This document shows positions 1 to 4,943 of a stretch of DNA of 6,279 nucleotides, piece after piece. Location of the stretch: the IMG/VR virus record IMGVR_UViG_3300035703_003581, positions 1 to 6,279 of that record; one strand, written 5' to 3'. How positions within the stretch are numbered: position 1 is the first letter of the stretch; the number at the start of each line of letters is the position of its first letter. Source of the stretch: a virus. The notes beneath the pieces were generated by a model. That model was not told where the DNA came from, searched no databases, and worked only from the letters and a program-made list of their open reading frames with translations. Made by a program: the position numbers and the translations under genes.

Positions 1-111
1 GGGGGCTGGCCCCCTGATGCTGACCTACTGGGCCAACGGCCCCCCTGTTAACCTGTGTGTATTGCTTAGCTGCGACGACGGACGCCCCGCAGGGGCGCCC
101 GCCGGCGCGGC
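1..111 (+). other. GC-rich structured element (three hairpins); candidate packaging signal and/or complementary-strand origin
   Basis: By hand count, 80 of 111 nt are G/C (72%), against roughly 30-40% in lines I counted elsewhere. Hairpin 1 pairs GGGGG (1-5) with CCCCC (10-14). Hairpin 2 is GGGCC-AAC-GGCCC (30-42). Hairpin 3 is an imperfect palindrome at 69-111 centred on loop GCA (89-91), with 16 Watson-Crick pairs, 1 G-T and 3 mismatches out of 20. It sits after the last morphogenesis gene, where Ff carries its packaging hairpin and (-) origin. Confidence 0.55.
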
Positions 112-127
112 CTTGGCAATATTACGA
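1..127. repeat. Direct terminal repeat, copy 1 (identical to 6153-6279)
   Basis: Base-by-base comparison shows nt 1-127 equal nt 6153-6279 with no mismatch. The simplest reading is the end overlap of a circular contig, and 127 is a common maximal assembler k-mer. That reading is inference. Confidence 0.95.
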
Positions 128-145
128 GATTTGCGGCTAAAATTT

Positions 146-481
146 ATGTATGCGTTTTTATCAGATGAACAGAATGCCGGTATTACCAAAGTTGTCGCCA
201 CTTACGTTGGCGATCCTACGCCGTTAACTAGTGCTTTGGGCTGTCTTGTTATGGGGCATGCTTATGGCTGGCGATATTTGTCGATGGTTCACAGTCCGCC
301 GACTGTGAAAAAATATGAGGATATTTTGGGTTTGTCTTTTTCAGAAATTTTGCCTGAATATACAGATTTGTCTAATCGCAATGTTGGCATACGGTACATG
401 CGGTTTTTTGGTACTGGTTACTGGTCTATGGTTCTAGGCCACTCTAAACTTGAAAATAGGCGTGATTTGACAGACGGTTGA
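146..481 (+). CDS. Hypothetical protein, 111 aa from ATG 146 (154 aa if ATG 17 is used); no recognisable family
   Basis: The frame is open from 17 to 481. Third codon positions are T-rich, as in the confident genes. No TM segment. There is no clear SD before ATG 146. ATG 17 has AGGGGG 11 nt upstream (across the circular junction), but that start would require translating the GC hairpin island. Spurious alternate-frame ORFs of up to 109 aa exist elsewhere in this genome, so coding status is not certain. Confidence 0.5.
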   Translation: MYAFLSDEQNAGITKVVATYVGDPTPLTSALGCLVMGHAYGWRYLSMVHSPPTVKKYEDILGLSFSEILPEYTDLSNRNVGIRYMRFFGTGYWSMVLGHSKLENRRDLTDG

Positions 482-494
482 ATTTGTGTAAAAT
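467..494 (+). promoter_or_regulatory. Candidate sigma70-type promoter for the rep transcription unit
   Basis: TTGACA (467-472), a 16-nt spacer, then TAAAAT (489-494). It overlaps the last codons and the stop (479-481) of the upstream ORF. The predicted start near 501 puts the 510-529 hairpin in the rep leader. Confidence 0.45.
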
Positions 495-509
495 CGCAGT
501 CATAAAAAA

Positions 510-529
510 AGCCGGTCTTTCGACCGGCT
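510..529. other. Perfect 8-bp GC-rich stem-loop in the rep leader
   Basis: AGCCGGTC (510-517), loop TTTC, GACCGGCT (522-529). It is preceded by A7 (504-510) and followed by TCTAACCC, so there is no T-run on the + strand. The terminator geometry exists only on the - strand. Confidence 0.6.
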
Positions 530-586
530 CTAACCCAACCCCCTTTTGATAATCTTGGCGGATTCTCGGGGGTCCAAAGGCTTCAT

Positions 587-1837
587 ATGAATAATAGCAA
601 ATCTATTTCACAAAAACAAACCCGTAAACTTGCTTTTAAATTACGTTCAACTTCTCAATCTATTTTGCGCCGTGGCCATCGTGTCCATGTTTGCCAAAAG
701 CTTGCTTCTTACAATGTATTGAATGGATCAGGCGATGTAGGTCTATCAAGGTCAAAATCATCTGGTAACGCTCATTTCCATGGTTTTGCTGTTTGTGGTG
801 ATGTTCACGCTTGTCCAGTTTGTCGTAACAAAATCGGTGAAGTACGTGTAAATGAAATTTTATCAGTTCTGGGTTGGCACCGTGTTTTTAATGATGGGAT
901 TGCTTTACTTGCAACTTTTACAGCTCGTCATGATAAAACTGACATTTTGACAGATATTGTTTCTTGCATGTCTGAGGCAAAACGTTTGTTTTCGTCTCTT
1001 GCTGCTGTAAAAAATGCTAAGCTTGTTTTAGGTTATAATAATATGATTTCAGGCCGTGATTTAACTCATGGTCATGTTAACGGCTGGCATCCCCATTATC
1101 ATGATATTTGGTTAATATCAGGTTCTGCGTTTAAGTCTTCTTACTTCAAACAATTACCCGAAAAATTGCAGCGTTTTGCTTTAAAAAATGATCTGCTTAC
1201 TCAGGGATCTGCTTTGTCTATTGTTTCTATAAAAAAGTTTTTATCTAAACAGTGGGCTAAATGTTGTGTTAAAGCAGGTTTGAAAGAGCCGTCAGAATCT
1301 CGCGGATTTGATTTGTTGTGGCGCAAGGATGGTTCTGATGCTGTTGGTGCTTATGTTTCTAAGTGGGCAAGGGAATTAGCATCTTCACATAAAAAACAAG
1401 GTAAGAATGGCAGTAGAACCCCCTTTCAGATTCTTTCTGATTTATCCAATGGTTTTAAATTGTCTGATGCTAAATTGTGGATTGAGTACACTGATGCTTA
1501 CTATGGTAAATCAATGGTTTTCTTTGGCCGGGGCTTAAAAGAAGCTGCTGGTTTAAAAGATATTACAGATGATGAAGCCGCTTTAAATGAATTGCCAGAC
1601 CATATTTGTAATTTTACCAAAGAGCAGTATCAGGCAATTATTGTATACAGTGCTTATGGTACTGTCTTAGACATAGCTGATAATTATCCTGTTCAAATGA
1701 TATATGATTTTGTCAATAGTTTAGTTGCAAAAAGAAATAATGAAAATGTGAACTATAATATTTACATGGCTAATTTGAAAAGGTCTATATTTATTAATAC
1801 TGAACAACATTTGATTGAGCTTGGTTTGGCTGCTTAA
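587..1837 (+). CDS. HUH-superfamily rolling-circle replication initiation protein, 416 aa
   Basis: Motif I-like LLATFTARH. HUH motif HPHYH (nt 1088-1102, H168-H172). Catalytic-Tyr motif GAYVSKW (Y256, nt 1352-1354). CPVC metal-binding-like pair (nt 812-823). Weak SD AAAGG at 576-580. It occupies the gII position but is not recognisably similar to M13 pII as I recall it. It resembles the Rep_1 / Phage_CRI type. Confidence 0.85.
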   Translation: MNNSKSISQKQTRKLAFKLRSTSQSILRRGHRVHVCQKLASYNVLNGSGDVGLSRSKSSGNAHFHGFAVCGDVHACPVCRNKIGEVRVNEILSVLGWHRVFNDGIALLATFTARHDKTDILTDIVSCMSEAKRLFSSLAAVKNAKLVLGYNNMISGRDLTHGHVNGWHPHYHDIWLISGSAFKSSYFKQLPEKLQRFALKNDLLTQGSALSIVSIKKFLSKQWAKCCVKAGLKEPSESRGFDLLWRKDGSDAVGAYVSKWARELASSHKKQGKNGSRTPFQILSDLSNGFKLSDAKLWIEYTDAYYGKSMVFFGRGLKEAAGLKDITDDEAALNELPDHICNFTKEQYQAIIVYSAYGTVLDIADNYPVQMIYDFVNSLVAKRNNENVNYNIYMANLKRSIFINTEQHLIELGLAA

Positions 1838-1846
1838 GGGGTTTGT

Positions 1847-2008
1847 ATGAGTGAATCTGATTATCAACTTTCTAAATGCGTTCCTGATATGCAAAATCAT
1901 GGTTTTACAATCCAGACAAATTACGGCTTGATTTTCGTTAATCCTGATGACCCTGAATGTCAAAAAATTATTGATATTGTCGTTTCGTTGCTTGATAGCC
2001 GTTCCTAG
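1847..2008 (+). CDS. Small acidic hypothetical protein, 53 aa (MSESDYQLSKCVPDMQNHGFTIQTNYGLIFVNPDDPECQKIIDIVVSLLDSRS)
   Basis: Not in the supplied ORF track. ATG 1847 lies 5 nt after the SD AAGGGG (1836-1841). The 10-mer AGGGGTTTGT (1837-1846) recurs at 2158-2167 ahead of the next gene. Stop TAG is at 2006-2008, followed by a strong terminator. Confidence 0.55.
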   Translation: MSESDYQLSKCVPDMQNHGFTIQTNYGLIFVNPDDPECQKIIDIVVSLLDSRS

Positions 2009-2039
2009 CTGTTTGTTTTTTAATCGTTAATTTTTTTTC

Positions 2040-2063
2040 ACCGGCTAAAGCCGGTTTTTTTTT
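2040..2063 (+). terminator. Rho-independent terminator ending the rep plus 53-aa ORF unit
   Basis: ACCGGC (2040-2045), loop TAAA, GCCGGT (2050-2055), running into a T9 tract (2055-2063). T8 also precedes the stem. Confidence 0.8.
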
Positions 2064-2105
2064 CTCTATTATTCATAACTTTACATTTTTATCTTAATTT
2101 TCCCC

Positions 2106-2134
2106 TTTACTGATATAAAAATACGATTTAGCAT
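2106..2134 (+). promoter_or_regulatory. Candidate promoter(s) for the structural/assembly operon
   Basis: One candidate is an extended -10-like TGATATAAA (2111-2119) with a poor -35. The other is TTTACT (2106-2111), 17 nt, TAGCAT (2129-2134). Both lie in the 160-nt AT-rich non-coding gap between the terminator and the TTG start at 2169. Neither is compelling alone. Confidence 0.3.
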
Positions 2135-2168
2135 TAGTTTAGTTAATAATCATGTTTAGGGGTTTGTT

Positions 2169-2474
2169 TTGAAAACTACTTTTGGTCTTGTCCGTGTTAA
2201 AGCTGGCACTTTTGTTAATGAGTCTCAGCAAACTGTTTTTTTTGGCGCTGCTTACACTCAGGATGTAAGGACTGTTACCCGTGATGGTTATTTTGATACT
2301 GGTATGGCCGTTCAGAAGCTTGGCATTGATAACATTGATATAGCTAACAAGCTCAATGATTTAGTTAAGGCCAACATTCATTCTTTGCCGGTTTCTGTCA
2401 CTTGCACAATTCGCCTTGATGGCAAAGAGGGTGAAAAGTCAACTCTTACCATTGTTTCTATAGATCAGAAATGA
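2169..2474 (+). CDS. Putative ssDNA-binding protein (gV position), 101 aa, TTG start
   Basis: An in-frame stop at 2157-2159 makes TTG 2169 the first possible start. SD AGGGG (2158-2162) has 6-nt spacing. It is the first gene of the structural operon and immediately precedes the pVII/pIX/pVIII-like genes. Function is assigned by synteny and size only; I see no clear similarity to M13 gVp. Confidence 0.55.
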   Translation: MKTTFGLVRVKAGTFVNESQQTVFFGAAYTQDVRTVTRDGYFDTGMAVQKLGIDNIDIANKLNDLVKANIHSLPVSVTCTIRLDGKEGEKSTLTIVSIDQK

Positions 2475-2593
2475 TGTCCGATTACACAATTATTGTTTCA
2501 GCTATTAATCAAGCTGCAAATGTTATTGTTGTTTCCCTTGCCTGTGTTTGTTTTTGGCTTGGTTTTAATTCTTGGGAGTCATCACAAAAATGA
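2471..2593 (+). CDS. pVII-like small hydrophobic virion-tip protein, 40 aa (MMSDYTIIVSAINQAANVIVVSLACVCFWLGFNSWESSQK)
   Basis: Not in the ORF track. ATG 2471 overlaps the upstream stop TGA 2472-2474. Acidic N-terminus followed by a single hydrophobic segment. Its position and size match Ff gVII (33 aa). Confidence 0.6.
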   Translation: MMSDYTIIVSAINQAANVIVVSLACVCFWLGFNSWESSQK

Positions 2594-2700
2594 TGTCTTT
2601 GCATGAAGCCGTTGCCCTTTGTTTTGGTTCCGGTATTGTTGGGTGGTGCGTTTCGCTTGGTTTTTATTTACTTAGGCGTTACGCTAATATTGTTGTTTAG
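2590..2700 (+). CDS. gIX: pIX-like small hydrophobic virion-tip protein, 36 aa (MMSLHEAVALCFGSGIVGWCVSLGFYLLRRYANIVV)
   Basis: Not in the ORF track. ATG 2590 overlaps the upstream stop TGA 2591-2593. GGGAG lies at 2574-2578. The segment IVGWCVSLGFYLLRRY resembles M13 pIX VLGWCLRSGITYFTRL, which I am recalling from memory. It lies immediately upstream of the coat gene. Confidence 0.65.
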   Translation: MMSLHEAVALCFGSGIVGWCVSLGFYLLRRYANIVV

Positions 2701-2710
2701 GGAGTTCATT

Positions 2711-2926
2711 TTGAAACAAAAATTAAATGTTGCTTTAATTACTGCTATGTCTTTATTAGCGCCTGTTGCTATGGCTGCTGATGAATCTGGTGCTGCTGCT
2801 GCTATGGCTTCAATCAAAGCTGAAGCTGCATCTTTGGCATCTGCTGCATGGCCTATTGTCACAGCTATTGTTGTTGCTGGTATTGGTATGAAATTATTTA
2901 AGAAGTTCGCTAATAAATCGACCTAA
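2711..2926 (+). CDS. gVIII: Major coat protein precursor (pVIII-like), 71 aa, TTG start
   Basis: SD AGGGAG (2699-2704) lies 6 nt before TTG 2711. Signal peptide MKQKLNVALITAMSLLAPVAMA has an AMA-A cleavage site. The mature protein is 49 aa, with an acidic N-terminus (ADES), a hydrophobic core and a basic C-terminus GMKLFKKFANKST. That tail is nearly the M13 pVIII tail GIKLFKKFTSKAS. Confidence 0.9.
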   Translation: MKQKLNVALITAMSLLAPVAMAADESGAAAAMASIKAEAASLASAAWPIVTAIVVAGIGMKLFKKFANKST

Positions 2927-2957
2927 TTTTTTTTCAATGCCTGCGGGGGCCACGCTC

Positions 2958-4562
2958 ATGATTTTTGCAAAATGGGCCGTTGGCCCCTTTCTTTTTTTGT
3001 CTTTTAATATATTTGCTGCTGATAAAACTTGTTTTGATTTTGCTGGCGAGGTTATTTATTTGCCAAAAGTTGGCACTAAGACCATATGTTGGAATAGTCG
3101 TACAGTGCTTCAAGGTGATAGCGGACCTTATGAATTGCACTGTCAGGCTGACCCTGCGATTATCTTGGAAGATGGCTCAGGTGCTTACGCAATAACATCA
3201 AGGCTTTGTAATGCTAGTCAGCCAGACCCTAACGATCCAACTGACCCAAATAATCCTGATAATCCTCCCCCAGTTGCCCCGGATAAAACAACTTTAACAA
3301 AAGCTATGGCTGGTCTTTATTATGAAATGAGATCAGTAAATCAGGCTGTCCGTTCAAATCTCATTGATTCCATTGAGCGCACAGCCATGGAAATGAATAA
3401 TTACGCTTTTTCTAACGCGATGCAGATTAAAAATAGTTTGGAGCTATCTATTAAACCGCATTTAAGCAATTTAAATACATCCTTTGATCAGTACAAAACA
3501 ACAGCAACTGAGTTTTTTGCCCAATCATTGCTTAACCAAGATGCTGAAAAATCTGAGCTTATGAAACTTGATACAAAGCTTGGTAGTATGATGATGAATA
3601 GTGATATTGCGAGTATGCAATTAACTAATATAGACAGCAAATTAGAAAGTCTTGTTGATATTGGCACTTTTATTATGAATAAACCAACTGGCGGCGGTGG
3701 TGGTGGTGGTGGTGGTGGTGGTGCTACTTCTGCTGATATTGCTGCGATTAAAGCGGATTTATCTAAAGCTGCATATTTTCAGCCGGACATTGCAACCAAT
3801 ACACAGAATTCTGCTAATTCTTTGATGAACATAGAAAATGATGTTCGTAATACTCGGCTAGGTATGGAATCTTTGCTTGGTTTGCACAGAAATACTTTAT
3901 ATGACATTCAATCTAATTTAAAAAAGATTGCTGATTCAAATTCTAATGGTGGTGGCGGTTCTGATGGTGGTAGCGGTGGTGGTAACAATCCAAATCCTGT
4001 TGACTATACAGATAAAATAAAATCAGTTGAGAATGCTGTTTCTGGTTTGTCAAATTCTGTTCAAGGAATTAAAGATCAGTTAGGCATTGATTCAAACAAA
4101 CTTGATGGTATTAAGGGGTCTCTTGATAATGGCGTTTCTAAACTTTCATCTATACAGTCTGATATAAAAACCTTATCTGATTTTGTTACTGATAAAGAAG
4201 TTCCGGACGGTAAATCTTTTGCTGAATCTGTTTCTTTGCCTGATTATGAAAAATATGCTACTGATGCCATTGAAAAGATAAGCGGCGAGGTTGAAAAACA
4301 TTCAGAACAATCAGGGTTTTCCAAGTTATCGGATAAATCAAATTTTAATAATATGTTTTCTTCAGCTACTTCAATATCGCAAATTTTTGCTATATCACAG
4401 GCTGGTTGTACTTCAATTGACTTTGGTTCTAATGCGCAATTAGATTTGTGCGAATATTCTTCAAACATTTCAAATGTTTTAGAGTTCGTCATATGGGCAT
4501 TAACTATTTTGTTTTGTTTTACTTATACAACATCATTATTGACTAGGGAGCGTTTGACATGA
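2958..4562 (+). CDS. gIII: Adsorption / minor coat protein (pIII-like), 534 aa from ATG 2958 (541 aa if ATG 2937)
   Basis: GGGGG (2945-2949) lies 8 nt before ATG 2958, while ATG 2937 has no SD. Signal peptide MIFAKWAVGPFLFLSFNIFA-ADK. The N-terminal domain has 4 Cys. Three low-complexity linkers are present: P/D/N-rich (3221-3283), Gly11 (3690-3722) and G/S-rich (about 3948-3998). The C-terminus has Cys-x15-Cys followed by the hydrophobic anchor VLEFVIWALTILFCFTYTTSLL and a basic tail, as in M13 pIII. Confidence 0.8.
   Translation: MIFAKWAVGPFLFLSFNIFAADKTCFDFAGEVIYLPKVGTKTICWNSRTVLQGDSGPYELHCQADPAIILEDGSGAYAITSRLCNASQPDPNDPTDPNNPDNPPPVAPDKTTLTKAMAGLYYEMRSVNQAVRSNLIDSIERTAMEMNNYAFSNAMQIKNSLELSIKPHLSNLNTSFDQYKTTATEFFAQSLLNQDAEKSELMKLDTKLGSMMMNSDIASMQLTNIDSKLESLVDIGTFIMNKPTGGGGGGGGGGGATSADIAAIKADLSKAAYFQPDIATNTQNSANSLMNIENDVRNTRLGMESLLGLHRNTLYDIQSNLKKIADSNSNGGGGSDGGSGGGNNPNPVDYTDKIKSVENAVSGLSNSVQGIKDQLGIDSNKLDGIKGSLDNGVSKLSSIQSDIKTLSDFVTDKEVPDGKSFAESVSLPDYEKYATDAIEKISGEVEKHSEQSGFSKLSDKSNFNNMFSSATSISQIFAISQAGCTSIDFGSNAQLDLCEYSSNISNVLEFVIWALTILFCFTYTTSLLTRERLT
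2974..2998 (+). terminator. Terminator-like hairpin plus T-tract just after the coat gene, embedded in the pIII-like signal-peptide codons
   Basis: GGGCC (2974-2978), loop GTT, GGCCC (2982-2986), then CTTTCTTTTTTT (2987-2998). The stem is only 5 bp, so it would be weak or partial. The position is analogous to the Ff terminator between gVIII and gIII. Confidence 0.4.
3690..3722 (+). repeat. Trinucleotide tract GGC GGC (GGT)9 encoding Gly11
   Basis: Read directly from the sequence. The perfect (GGT)9 spans 3696-3722, in frame within the pIII-like gene. Confidence 0.95.
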
Positions 4563-4942
4563 TCAATTTGATTATTACACCTTTGTTTGCTTTTATTGGT
4601 GCTTTCGTAACTCGTTTGGCTTCTTGGTTTATGGCTTCTTTTGTGACAGGTGCTATTAAATCATTGGTTATCAATTTGACACTGTTTACTGTTATATCTG
4701 GTTTGATAACTACCTTTGTGCTTTATGTAAACGACCTTGTTCTTGATGCTTTGAAATCTATGCCATCAACAGCACAGCTTGTTATAGCGCCTATAGCTGC
4801 TATGTTGCCCCCTAGTTTGCCTGTTTGTGTTGGTATCGTTGTTAGTGTCTATACAACAGGTACTGTTTATAATTTGGCAAAAGAAGTTGCTAAAGCTAAA
4901 GCTGCTGCTGCTGAACGTGCCGCTGGTTTTGTGAAGCTTTGA
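4559..4942 (+). CDS. pVI-like hydrophobic minor coat protein, 127 aa
   Basis: ATG 4559 overlaps the pIII-like stop (TGA 4560-4562). SD AGGGAG (4545-4550) has 8-nt spacing. Several hydrophobic segments. Position and size match Ff gVI (112 aa). No sequence-level similarity recognised. Confidence 0.7.
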   Translation: MINLIITPLFAFIGAFVTRLASWFMASFVTGAIKSLVINLTLFTVISGLITTFVLYVNDLVLDALKSMPSTAQLVIAPIAAMLPPSLPVCVGIVVSVYTTGTVYNLAKEVAKAKAAAAERAAGFVKL

Positions 4943-4943
4943 T

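Noticed and set aside
113-143. Promoter for the orphan ORF: TTGGCA (113-118) and TAAAAT (138-143)
   Set aside because: The spacer is 19 nt. The -10 box ends 3 nt before ATG 146, so the expected transcription start would fall downstream of the start codon.
17-145. Lipoprotein-like signal (VNLCVLLSC lipobox) if the orphan ORF starts at ATG 17
   Set aside because: Downgraded rather than fully excluded. The N-region has no Lys/Arg, and the hydrophobic region is short and follows Gly-Pro-Pro. The Ala/Gly/Pro run is also what any frame of a 72% GC palindromic block tends to encode. LipoP/SignalP and comparative data are needed.
1514-1837. Internal in-frame restart in rep at Met310, giving a 107-aa gene-X-like product
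   Set aside because: The size is close to that of Ff pX (111 aa). However, there is no SD upstream of ATG 1514, and this Rep is not an Ff pII homologue. The idea rests on analogy only.
2603-2710. ATG 2603 as the start of the coat protein ORF (107-aa version in the ORF track)
   Set aside because: There is no SD before 2603. It would add a 36-aa hydrophobic extension in front of an already canonical signal peptide. A strong SD plus TTG at 2711 and the overlapping pIX-like frame explain the region better.
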